A stretch of DNA of 64,000 nt from Octopus bimaculoides (Eukaryota): assembly GCF_001194135.2 (NCBI RefSeq), contig NC_068994.1, positions 44,537,933 through 44,601,932 on the forward strand, written 5' to 3'. The notes beneath the pieces are model-generated. The model ran no database searches. It was not told the origin of the DNA and saw nothing but the letters and a program-made list of their open reading frames with translations. This document shows, piece after piece, positions 12,691-24,335 of the stretch. The stretch's first letter is position 1, and every line of letters begins with the position of its first letter. A program made the translations under genes and the position numbers.

Positions 12691-14073
12691 TGGAAGACTG
12701 ATATAGAAGACACTTGTTCAATGTGTGATACACTGAAATTGAACCCAGAACCATGTAGTTGTGAAACAAGCTTCTTAATCTCACAACCACATCTGACATT
12801 TTAGTTGTATCATTTGAAATCAGTCTGTTATTTATACATCTCCTAAAGTATTTAGTAAACTCTTCTGGTTTTCTTCACATTACCAACAAAAATTCCAGTT
12901 TGATTGCTGTTGCCTTTCAACCAGTAAGGTGTGATTTGATAAAAATTTGGTTACTGTATTTTGCAATCTGAATGATCTGGTAAAATTTCACTCAGTTGGG
13001 TTTTTTTTTTTTACCTCTGAAGTTGTTTAACCCCAACATGACCGTGATCGAGCAGACTTCTTATTATCACAAGTATTCCACATATGACCATCCTGTTTAT
13101 TTTTTTTTTATTTTATTTTTTTTTGTAGTGTTCAGTCTACACTGTAAAGTGGTTGGCATTTAGAAGAGCACCTCACTGCAAAAACTATGCCAAAACTTAC
13201 CTCGCTTGTGTTTGTACCACAGTCCATTCTGCATGGTGGTTGGTGTTAGGAAGGGCATCCAACCATAAAAACCTTGCGCAAACAGACACTGGGGTAGTCT
13301 TCTACCTGACCAGTTCCTATTAAATTGTCCATCCAATGCCAACATGGAAAGCAAACATTAAACGAGAATGATGCTAAGCATATCCTTCCAATAAAACAGC
13401 AATGTGTAATTTGAGGGAGGTTTACCTAATATTTCAAGCAAGTTGGTAAACAACATGTAGGCTCCCTCAATTCCACTATTTGTTGCAAACCCAAACAGCA
13501 CCTTCTCCAAGTGAACTTAATCCTGAAATAAGGTTTTTAAAACTCTCTCTGATATTTCAAGAGATTCAATGACTTTGAGATTTCTGTAGGTACTTGACTC
13601 AGTTTATCTCTTTGCATTTGTGCCGCTTTCTGGTTCCTGAGAGTGTTCCCTCGCTGCCACAGTGGTGAGTGGCGGGGTTCACCATAAACAATGTACATAC
13701 AATCTTATAAGACTTGTGAAAGGTTGATAGTTGCAATAGAGACATTAGTCTCTCTCTATCACCTTTCAACAAATTATATATTAAGAAACAGTAGAACAAT
13801 TAACAACATAATAAAATAAGTTTTATTTTTTGGTGATGCTTGGTTTTACAAATCCTGTGTCGTTCAGCCTAGCAGCCGCTGGTTAGCTTGTAATCGGCAT
13901 GGGAAGGTTAAGAGCTTCGTTGATGCATACCAAAGGTGTTAGTAGCTGTCATGTCGAAGGCATTGTGGTAAAGAGAGTTGTTGTTAGATCGAAGGCATCG
14001 CGCTAAGAGTGCTTCGTTGAGGAGCAAGGTGTTGTCACGTCAAAGAATTGTGAACTGATGCATTGTTCTGGTG

Positions 14074-14386
14074 CACCAGAACAATGCATCAGTTCACAAT
14101 TCCATTCCACTAACCAACTACTTAACAGAGATGGACATCAAAACTGTCCATCACCCTCTCTATGGTCCAGACCTTGCTCCCTGTGAACTCAGGCTGTTCC
14201 TCAAGCTGAAGGAAAACCCTGACAGCAGTCATTTTGAAGATATTGAGATGAAGGAGACTGGATACCTTTATTTTGAAAGATTTCCATGGGGCCTTCACAA
14301 AGTGGCTTAAGAACTACAGTAGATGCAGTAAAGTAAGGGGATCCTACTTTGAAGGATTTAATTTTAATCAGTCGGACACATTAATA
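14074..14386 (+). mobile_element. mariner transposase DD34D C-terminal remnant and 3' TIR
   Basis: HQNNASVHNS (decayed HxDNA..H) and HHPLYGPDLAPCEL (decayed HPPYSPDLAPxD). Confidence 0.85.
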
Positions 14387-14658
14387 CTTGAGTAAAATTC
14401 TATTAATGTGTCCAACTGATTAAAATTCTATTTATTTGTGCAGCTGATGATAGCCCTGCATTTAAATTGATGTAATGATTGTATTGTTCAATTAAATGGA
14501 GCTGCTTGAAAAGGTTGTACTACATCACATCTTGATGTCCTGTTGCTTATTTTGATTTTATTCACCTTACTTCGAGCTGTGTGGATAATACTGGACTGAC
14601 TTGGTGCTTCAACTTCAGTACCTAATTCAACTGAATCTCAATTATTTATACATATATA

Positions 14659-14785
14659 CAGGGTGTCCACAAAGTCTGGGTGCATGGGGATTAACACATA
14701 CTTTAAGAAATTATTATTTCTTATATTTAATTGTTTATGTTATGATTTTATTTACTCTGTGTACCCAGACCTTGTGGACACTCTG
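14659..14785. mobile_element. Tc1/mariner-type MITE, about 26-bp TIRs, TA TSD
   Basis: ta|cagggtgtccacaaagtctgggtgca … tgtacccagaccttgtggacactctg|ta, 3 mismatches. Confidence 0.85.
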
Positions 14786-15034
14786 TATATATATGCATAC
14801 TTACCTATATTCGTACATACATCTTGCATCGTGTTTTCCGATATAAGATGTTGACTTATACACCAAGATGACTTTGGAGGACCAAAAACTCCATGTGAAA
14901 TGCAGTGGAACTTGGAAAAATAGTGATGATGTTTGAATATTTACAGAGTCTGTTTACACAATATACAATGACGACTTGTATGCCAGAAAATACTTTACAT
15001 ACATACATACATACATGCACACATAAATTCTTAG

Positions 15035-15156
15035 AGAGAGAGTGAGAGAGAGAGAGTGAGAGAGAGAGAGAGTGAGAGAGTGAGGGTGAATGAGAGAGAG
15101 TGAGAGAGAGAGAGAGTGAGAGAGAGAGTGAGTGAGAGAGAGAGTGAGGAGAGAGA
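15035..15156. repeat. (GA)n/(GAGT)n microsatellite
   Basis: Visible tandem repeat. Confidence 0.95.
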
Positions 15157-15564
15157 TAATATTTGGCAGTGATTTGGCAGGATATTTAGAGCATCAGATA
15201 AAATGCTTCACGGTATTTGATCACGCCCCTTTGCGTTCCAACTACGAATCCCATTGGAGTTGACTTTACTTTTGATCCTTCTAAGGTTGATAAACTAAAG
15301 TACCAATCAAGTACTGGGTCAATTACATTGGTTATATGTGCCCACCCACAAAAATGTGTAGCCTTGTGCTTATATCAGAAACGACTATATAAAACATAAT
15401 ACAAAATTTGTAGCTTTGACATCGTATTCACTGATCATTGGTAAAATTCACAACAGAATCTACATGTTTGTGTTTGTATGTGTGGGTTTGCATATCTGTC
15501 TTTATATTGACATCATTTAAAAAATAATGTTAATTTTTTAGTTCCCATCATTCAGCAGTTCAAC

Positions 15565-15957
15565 ACATCCTCATCATCATCGTTTAATGTCTATTTTCCA
15601 TGCTGGCATGGGTTGGATGGTTTGACGGAAGCTGGCAAGCCAGAGAGCTGCACCAGGCTCCAATTGTCTGTGTTGGGGTGGTCTCTACAGCAGGATGCAC
15701 TTCCTAATACCATCTACTTTACAGAGTGTACTGGGTGCTTTATACATAGCACCAGCTCCAGTGTTTTTCTATGTGGCACCAGCATGGGTACTTTTAACGT
15801 GGCACCAGAATGGGTATTTTTTTTATGTGGCACCAGCACAGGTACTCATGGATGCTGCAATGTGGCACCCTGGCATAGGTGCTTTTTATGTAGCACCAAC
15901 ACAAATGCTTTTCATGTAGCATGGCACCACCCTGGGTACCTTTTACATGATTCCAGC
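15565..15957 (-). mobile_element. RTE-type retroposon 3' tail ((GAT)n end) with an internally amplified hairpin array
   Basis: Minus strand ends …ccatgccagcatggaaaatagacattaaacgatgatgatga; related tails at 6930-7067, 13150-13375 and 39225-39320. Confidence 0.65.
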
Positions 15958-16719
15958 AATAAATAAAATAAATAGCAGGTTTAAAGAATTAGTTCTGGGT
16001 GGGTGTAGAGAGCAATGTGATTGACATTCATCCCTGATTATTATTACTAACTCTAACACTCATATTTACCATCAACCCTTCTCCCCAACTCTTATTTATC
16101 TCTGATCATCTCAAGCCCTTATTTCTATTCATCACGCATTCGCCCTCTCCACACACACACACACACACACACCCTCCACATCCTGATCCTGATTCTTCTG
16201 TCATCACCCTCTCTTTTATTCACCTTCTTAGGGATGCTTTGGTTTTTTTGAAACTGTTGCAAATGTGGTTTGTAGGTAAAGCTGCATGTGAATGCTATAA
16301 CAACATCATGTGAACATTTAATGGAAGCATGTATTCACCTCACAAGTAGTATTCAGGTTGGTCATAAATTAGGAACTTTCCACGAAAAGTGAACACTATT
16401 GAAAGAATAATTCTGAAGTATTCATAAATAGTTGATTACAAAAGCTCTGTACTTAAGCTTGCCAAGACAAGAGAAAATATACATGCTGCATTCACATCAT
16501 AAAACTATAGCAAGATGTCTGTAAAATATTAACTGCTGTCCATAAGGTTGAGTAATAGCTTTAAGAACAACTGTTTAAAAGCAGCAAGAGAATGAAATTG
16601 GCCAGTCTCTTGGCAAAAATGGAGACACCATTCCAGTCATTCGTCTACGACAATCTGCAGAGTGGACCCTCTAAACTGGCCTAATTATAACCCTTGAACT
16701 GAGACATTCTAGAATGATC

Positions 16720-17097
16720 TAGGAGAAGATCACCTTTTTGAGCTCCATGCATCTAACACACATGGGTATGCCTACAAAGTCAAGAAAACAGCACAGCTCC
16801 CATGACTTTCGGAAATATTTTTTTCACACTCAGAGTTGCTGAAGCTCGGAACAAGCTACTTGCATCAGTTGTTAGCTGCCAAGACATTGCATCCTTTAAA
16901 ACCTCCATGCTTCCTGAAATTTGCCAACACTACACCTGATATACCCTGCTTCCATCTGCATGCACACATGTATATCATGACTCATACACTGTTCACTTTC
17001 CTGACTTTTATACATGCACCTTTGATGAGTTGTAGTGCACCTGAGCACTATACACAATCATTTCATTATTATTATTACTATTATTATTATTATTATT
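16720..17097 (+). mobile_element. CR1/L2-group LINE 3' end with (ATT)n tail
   Basis: HLFELHASNTHGYAYKV…DFRKYFFTLRVAEARNKLLASVVSCQDIASFK resembles the CR1 ORF2 terminus 'TRGH..KL…FF..RV…WN.LP..VV…FK'. Confidence 0.75.
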
Positions 17098-17884
17098 ATA
17101 ACCTATCACATGAAGTCTGGCTGCTGACTGGTCAATAACTTGATCTTTCATGTAAACAAGGTTGAGTTATGTCATAACAAACTTAGCAATCTGGTGACTC
17201 AGTTCCAAGTCTTGCTACAAAACCATCATTTTTATCTCTCCTTCAAACACCACTTCACACACCTCATATATCCATACATACATAATGCAGAGTGGTCCTG
17301 AATCTCCTCCTACTCAACTCACACTACACCCCCTCCATATCACTCTCTTATCACCTTTTTTCACTAACCTTCCTAGACACTACTCTTTCTCTTTCCTCAC
17401 TATTACTTCTTTCCCTAACACTCTATTTATTATTGTCTCAACAAACAACTTCGTGCAGCAATAGGCCTGTTCCTCCTGTCATACATTGCCTAAAATATTA
17501 CCTAAATTCACCACTTTCTCTTCTACATATTCTTACCCTCTGTCTGATAGAAAAGAGGCTCCGTTGGTCTTGTGAGATACAAGACAGCCTCTTTAGTGTT
17601 GGTGCCAAGGAAAAAAAATCATCCAGTATACTCTGTAAAGTGGTGTTTGAAGAGGCATTCAGCTGTATAAGTCATGTCAAACTGAGATGTTGGAGTAAGA
17701 TGTGGTTCTCTGATACACTGGATCCGGTCAAATATGTATGTATGTGTGCCTTTTCTGTATTTAATCGTTTAAATTCGTCCTCTGAAGAAAGAACTGGTTT
17801 CTAACGAAGTTACAAAGCTCCATCTTTAGAATGTAGATAACGAAAACAAATGTCATATTTTAAACCTGAGAAAAAGTCTTCATC

Positions 17885-18135
17885 ATCGACAATCACCATC
17901 ATCATCATCATCATCATCATTGGCTGCAGTAGTGGGGGGGGGGGNNNNNNNNNNNNNGGGGGGGGTCATCATCATCATCATCATCATCGTCGTCATGTGT
18001 TCAAATCCAATGCACTTTTCACTAAGGAAGGAAGGAAGGAAGGAAGAAAGGAAGGAAGAAAGAAAGAAAGGAAGGAAGGAAGGAAGGAAGGAAGGAAGGA
18101 AGGAAGGAAGGAAAGAAAGAAAGAAAGAAGAAGTT
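17885..18135. repeat. compound (CAT)n / G-run / (CAT)n / (GAAG)n repeat
   Basis: Visible; contains a short N-run inside the G tract. Confidence 0.95.
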
Positions 18136-18501
18136 GACTGGGATTTCAAGTTTTGATTTATCAGCTTGTTGAACCTGTTGAACAAGCTTAGCAAGGCTAA
18201 AAACATGAAATCCAAGTCAAAACAATTTTACTCCACTAAATGCATAGACTCCCACCATCAATAAATGTTTTCTTTGTTTTCTACAGTCTGATCAACTATA
18301 CCAGATAATACAGTCATCTGCGTGTGTGTGTGCTCTTTGAAGAATTTTAGTGGATTAATAAATCATAATTAATCACTCTGCAACCATATGATTCTAGATT
18401 CAAGCACACTGCATGGCCCCAGTTCAACCAATGCCTGCCTTGTCAGTGAATTGGGTAGACAGAAATTGTGTGGAAGCCTGTGATATAAATATATATACTT
18501 A

Positions 18502-18664
18502 TAGGCGCAGGAGTAGCTGTGTGGTAAGTAGCTTGCTTACCAACCACATGGTTCCGGGTTCAGTCCCACTGAGTGGCACCTTGGGCAAGTGTCTTCTACT
18601 ATAGCCTCGGGCCAACCAAAGCCTTGTGAGTGGATTTGGTAGACAGAAACTGAAAGAAGCCTGT

Positions 18665-18695
<31 letters not shown>
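18502..18695 (+). mobile_element. SINE family B 5' half running into a gap at its internal (TA)n
   Basis: Nearly identical to 7190-7380. Confidence 0.9.
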
Positions 18696-19619
18696 NNNNN
18701 NNNNNNNNNNNNNNNNNNNNNNNNNNNNNNNNNNNNNNNNNNNNNNNNNNNNNNNNNNNNNNNNNNNNNNNNNNNNNNNNNNNNNNNNNNNNNNNNNNNN
18801 NNNNNNNNNNNNNNNNNNNNNNNNNNNNNNNNNNNNNNNNNNNNNNNNNNNNNNNNNNNNNNNNNNNNNNNNNNNNNNNNNNNNNNNNNNNNNNNNNNNN
18901 NNNNNNNNNNNNNNNNNNNNNNNNNNNNNNNNNNNNNNNNNNNNNNNNNNNNNNNNNNNNNNNNNNNNNNNNNNNNNNNNNNNNNNNNNNNNNNNNNNNN
19001 NNNNNNNNNNNNNNNNNNNNNNNNNNNNNNNNNNNNNNNNNNNNNNNNNNNNNNNNNNNNNNNNNNNNNNNNNNNNNNNNNNNNNNNNNNNNNNNNNNNN
19101 NNNNNNNNNNNNNNNNNNNNNNNNNNNNNNNNNNNNNNNNNNNNNNNNNNNNNNNNNNNNNNNNNNNNNNNNNNNNNNNNNNNNNNNNNNNNNNNNNNNN
19201 NNNNNNNNNNNNNNNNNNNNNNNNNNNNNNNNNNNNNNNNNNNNNNNNNNNNNNNNNNNNNNNNNNNNNNNNNNNNNNNNNNNNNNNNNNNNNNNNNNNN
19301 NNNNNNNNNNNNNNNNNNNNNNNNNNNNNNNNNNNNNNNNNNNNNNNNNNNNNNNNNNNNNNNNNNNNNNNNNNNNNNNNNNNNNNNNNNNNNNNNNNNN
19401 NNNNNNNNNNNNNATACTTATATTTATATATTTGATCCTTTATATTGAACACTCAATATTTCATCTACATTCAATACTTTATTTCATGGTGCCATCCATT
19501 TTTATTTTATTTTATTTTATATTATATATTGTATATTCCATATTCTATACCCCACATTGGTTCTGCAGGAATATAAATAAAACATAAAAAACAGACAGTG
19601 TTGGAACTCTTTTAAACAA

Positions 19620-19676
<57 letters not shown>

Positions 19677-20906
19677 AATAAATGAATGAATGAATGACGT
19701 TATCTTTTGCTTGTTTCAGTCATTAGACTGCAGCTATGCTGGAATACAGCCTTTTAAAGCCTGGTACTTATTTTTGTTGGTCTCTTTTGCTGAACTACTA
19801 GGTTACAGGGTCTTTTACATATCAACACCAGTTGTCAAGTAGCAGTGAGGGACAAACACAGATACACACACACACATATATATATATGTGTGGCATGAGA
19901 TGAGTTGAATAATAGAAAAATACAAGATTATTTATTTCTACAAACGTAATAATAAAAAATATGAATGAAAAAATTATGAATGGAAAAAATTATGAATGAA
20001 AAAATTAGGAAAGAAAAAATTATTAAGAATAAAAGGTTAAACTTTATATATATATACAAAGTTTTGATTTTAAAAAAACTTTAACGATATTATAAACTAT
20101 AAAGATTAATAATTAATCAAATAATATTAATCAAAAATAATCGAAAATATATCAACACTATTCCAATCGAAGTTCTAATATTATGTTGAAATGAAACTAT
20201 AACTTCTAAATAATTTAGTGTTAAATAAGTTATCTATTAAAATAATCTATAAAGAACCAAATGAATAGTATANNNNNNNNNNNNNNNNNNNNNNNNNNNN
20301 NNNNNNNNNNNNNNNNNNNNNNNNNNNNNNNNNNNNNNNNNNNNNNNNNNNNNNNNNNNNNNNNNNNNNNNNNNNNNNNNNNNNNNNNNNNNNNNNNNNN
20401 NNNNNNNNNNNNNNNNNNNNNNNNNNNNNNNNNNNNNNNNNNNNNNNNNNNNNNNNNNNNNNNNNNNNNNNNNNNNNNNNNNNNNNNNNNNNNNNNNNNN
20501 NNNNNNNNNNNNNNNNNNNNNNNNNNNNNNNNNNNNNNNNNNNNNNNNNNNNNNNNNNNNNNNNNNNNNNNNNNNNNNNNNNNNNNNNNNNNNNNNNNNN
20601 NNNNNNNNNNNNNNNNNNNNNNNNNNNNNNNNNNNNNNNNNNNNNNNNNNNNNNNNNNNNNNNNNNNNNNNNNNNNNNNNNNNNNNNNNNNNNNNNNNNN
20701 NNNNNNNNNNNNNNNNNNNNNNNNNNNNNNNNNNNNNNNNNNNNNNNNNNNNNNNNNNNNNNNNNNNNNNNNNNNNNNNNNNNNNNNNNNNNNNNNNNNN
20801 NNNNNNNNNNNNNNNNNNNNNNNNNNNNNNNNNNNNNNNNNNNNNNNNNNNNNNNNNNNNNNNNNNNNNNNNNNNNNNNNNNNNNNNNNNNNNNNNNNNN
20901 NNNNNN

Positions 20907-21201
20907 CTGAGCACTCCACAGACACGTGTACCCTTAACGTAGTTCTCGGGGATATTCAGCGTGACACAGTGTGACAAGGCTGACCCTTTGAAATACAGGT
21001 ACAACAGAAACAGGAAGTAAGAGTGAGAGAAAGTTGTGGTGGAAGAGTACAGCAGGGTTCACCAGTATCCCCTGCCGTAGCCACGTGGAGCTTTAGGTGT
21101 TTTCGCTCGATAAACACTCACAACGCCCGGTCTGGGAATCGAATCCGCGATCCTATGACCGCGAGTCCGCTGCCCTAACCACTGGGCCATTGCGCCTCCA
21201 C
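20907..21201 (-). mobile_element. SINE family A (long form), truncated by gap
   Basis: Collinear with 53230-53515. Confidence 0.9.
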
Positions 21202-21840
21202 TAAACAGTTTACATAGAAGTGTTCAAAATGTATATGTGTGCGTGTACGGTGGGTAGTGTTTGCTTGTAATTTAAATACAAGCCTAGCAAATTTGAAAAG
21301 AGAAGTTAGTCGTTTACATCAATTAGCGCTGTATTTTATTGATTCCAAAAGGATGAAAGGTAAAATTGACTTCGGCAAGATTTGGGACACAGTATGTAAA
21401 ATGACGTAACGAATACCCACAACATATTTGTTTCCGACGTTCGGACAATTCTGCCGATCCAGCAATCATAGTGAAGAGTATTTCCCCTTGAACCAAACCC
21501 TTTGTCCAAAAGGGAGACAACTTAAGATAGCAGATGTTTGTAATTGTCATTTTATTTTTGATTTGTTTATCGAGTGAGTGTGTGTGTGCACGCGCGCGCG
21601 AGTATATGTGTTTGTGTGCACACGTATGCATGTGTATATGCGTACGTATATATGCGCATGTGTATACGTGTGTGTATGTGTGCGCGCACGCGTCTGTGAG
21701 CATGCGTTTGTGAGTGTGTGTGCGTATGTCCGTATGCGTGTGTGCACGTGTATGTGTGTGTGTGTGTGTGTGAGCGAGCGCGCCCACACACATACATGTG
21801 TACCTTCTAGTCAGCTTTGACCAAGATTTACCTACGATAC

Positions 21841-22096
21841 TGTTGTACGAGGGAATTGTAATGCGGGAAATAAGAAACAATTCGCCTACCTTCTTGTCGT
21901 CTGCCATCAAGTTGTACTCAATCCAAAACTTACGCACCTAACGATAGAAGCTGCTATTTGCCCGTCCCTATCAGCTCGCTCGCCTCACGTCTGTTCGTTG
22001 TGAGTGCTCAAAGCAAAAGAGAATGACCCTGGTCATTCTTCCCTCGCCCTTCCCTCCACCCTTCTTCCCGTGCCCTTCCTTTCACCGTTGGCCCCA
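21841..22096 (-). mobile_element. 3' LTR (TG…CA, 256 bp) of an LTR retrotransposon
   Basis: On minus, purine-rich CAGGGGAGCG (22106-22097) lies immediately before TGGGGCC…; the end is …CGTACAACA at 21841; it follows an integrase-like C-terminus. Confidence 0.65.
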
Positions 22097-22129
22097 CGCT
22101 CCCCTGACGTCAAACATCACCCCCTCACT

Positions 22130-22420
22130 TTACTCCATGTCAAAATCTGCCATCCACCCGAGATCACGCTGTGATCTCCGTAGGGAGGTAGTCTCGTTCT
22201 CTTCCTTTCCTCCACCTTCGTCGTCCGACGGAGCGGCAATCCAGTGAACATCCAAGACGTGACGCGGCATCTCATCCACAGGAACGTTATTTTTGGAGTT
22301 AACAGCCGTCACTGTTCCTCTGTTATGTGCAGCATGTCTTGGGGACTTGACCCAGATTTCGTCTCCCACCTCCACGAAAACAGTCTCTCTCTCTCTCTCT
22401 GAGCATTCAGGTGGTTTACT
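22130..22420 (-). pseudogene. Gypsy-like pol C-terminal (post-integrase) fragment
   Basis: VEVGDEIWVKSP…RGTVTAVNSKNNVPVDEMPRHVLDV…LRRSQR..GWMADF matches the SH3-like tail and 'LRRS.R…P.W..DY' end of Gypsy-type pol proteins. Confidence 0.7.
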
Positions 22421-22479
22421 CGGATGCCGCCATTCATATCTGAACATCGGTCTGTGTGGCACGGACTTTTTAGCCTGTC

Positions 22480-22750
22480 TTGCTCGGCTGATCCGATCAA
22501 CGGAACAGCCTGATCGAGAAATTCACGTACAAGTGGCTGAGTATTCCACAGACAGGCGTACTCATGATGTAGTTCTCAAGGAGACTCAATGTGACAAAGA
22601 TGGCCCTTTGAATTTCAGGTACAACTCATTTTTGCCAGCTGAGTGGACTGGGGCTATGTGAAATAATGTTTTGCTCAAGGATACAATGCATTACTGGGAA
22701 TCGAACATACTACCATACGATCTTGAGTCGAATATCCTAACTACTAAGCC
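22480..22750 (-). mobile_element. SINE family A (short, CORE-like form)
   Basis: Reverse complement of 28121-28432. Confidence 0.75.
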
Positions 22751-23164
22751 ACGCTTATTTGTAATAACAAAAACATATATTCTATGAATTTCTTCCCAAC
22801 TGTAATTATTTTTCTTCTGTAAGAAATGCCTCCTTTCATAAAATGCTTAATATATTTCAGGTTATATTATACTGATGATTTCTAAAAAGAATGAAACAGT
22901 GCTATACATGATTATCAATTTTAAGAACTTTGTAATAAGTGAGCAAAACAAAAACATGTATACTATGCATCTCTTTCCCGATTCTTTAATTTCAAATTCA
23001 AATTTCTAACCTTGCTGAATATTATGAAGAAATAATTACCTCCATTATAATAATTTTCTTCTAGGGTACAACACGTATTTCATTTATGAACATTATTAAA
23101 AATGTTTTCCATATTTCACTTAATTGTCCCTAAAGTCACACACAGACACACTCCGGTCTCATGG

Positions 23165-23242
23165 TCAGAGAGAAAAGCTGCATTCTCTCTCTACCTTTCT
23201 ACCACTATTATAATGGCCGAAAGCGAAGCTCCCCCCCCCCGG

Positions 23243-23277
<35 letters not shown>

Positions 23278-23400
23278 CTTCTATTAGTAATATAATGATC
23301 GAAAACAAAGTTGCCTTCTCTTTACCTTTTCTATTTGTAATATAATAGCCGAGAGCGAATCTGCCTTCTCTCTCTACCTTTTCTACTATTATTATGACCT
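23165..23400 (+). repeat. degenerate minisatellite, about 55-bp unit, about 4 copies
   Basis: Units of gagagcgaa(t/g)ctgccttctctctctaccttttctactattataat(g/a)gcc; one copy carries an (CT)n(ATCT)n expansion. Confidence 0.75.
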
Positions 23401-23404
23401 AACT

Positions 23405-24335
23405 CTACGTGACATATGCGACAGCAATGAGCCATTCGGTGGAATTTTGACAATTTGCTATGGCGATTTCCGTCAGCTTCTACCAGCAGTGAAAAGGGGA
23501 AATGACGCGGACGTGGAAAACGCCTGAATTACAAAATCATACTTATGGCAAAGCTTTGAACATTTTCAGTTGAAGACAAATATGCAATTGAGTGAGAGAG
23601 TAGAAGACTACTCACAGTTCCTATTGGAAATGACGAAATTATTTTGCCAAAAGAAATAGTTCTCCAAGCAAGAACTATGGAAGAATGCATTGACTTCATC
23701 TACCCTTCATTCGACAATCCAGGTGAAGTGTTTTCGAACAAATGCATCTTAGTACCTCTCAATCAAACAATGAGAAGCATCAATTCCGCCTGTACCAGAC
23801 GCCTTCCCTGGAATCATAAAAGAGTACTGATCCTATAATTCTGTGAGTGCTGGTGCCAATGCCACACATCTCCCGACTGAATTTCTTGATTCAGTTGAAC
23901 CATCAGGACTGCCACCACATAAACTGGAATTGAAAAAAAGGATCGCCCATAATTCTAATGAGAAACTCGAATCCTCTAAGGCTTTGTAATGGAACGCGTA
24001 TGATCGTGGAAGAACTGCACGACAATCTCACGGTTAGCGAGAATCAACACAGCTACTATCAGAAATGAAATCGTTATGATACCAAAAGTAACAATTAATC
24101 TATCCGAAGATGAGGATATCCCTTTGCAGTGAAGCCAATTCCCTGTTCAATCATGCTTCGCTGTGACAATTCATAAAGCACAAGGACAAACTATGGACAA
24201 CGTCTTGATTTATCTAGTCAACTGTATGTGGTCCTTAGCCACTGAAAACGAAAGGAGAATGTTAGAGTGTTTCTGAAGGATACCCAGTCAACTAAGAATG
24301 TTGTCATCAAAAGCATTCTTGCGAACAAACTGTAA
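23405..24335 (+). pseudogene. second PIF1-family helicase remnant (Helitron-type, different family)
   Basis: LRDICDSNEPFGG…GDFRQLLPAVKRG, SYLWQSFEHFQLKTNM, CILVPLNQ, PTEFLDSVEPSGLPPHKLELKK, LCNGTRM, QFPVQSCFAVTIHKAQGQTM, SQLYV, TKNVVIKSIL*; multiple frameshifts. Confidence 0.85.

Noticed and set aside
15733-15957. CRISPR-like look of regularly spaced GCACC repeats
   Set aside because: Units are degenerate, the 'spacers' are similar to each other and short, there are no cas genes, and the context is a eukaryotic retroposon tail.
17292-17804. 170-aa ORF
   Set aside because: Low-complexity CT-rich sequence plus repeat scraps; no recognisable domain or splice structure.
7667-20974. Long ORF-track entries (e.g. 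7667-8356, 11578-12630, 18499-19452, 20237-21004)
   Set aside because: They are open only because they cross N-runs or (TA)n/(CA)n tracts; only the RTE scrap at 12465-12640 is meaningful.
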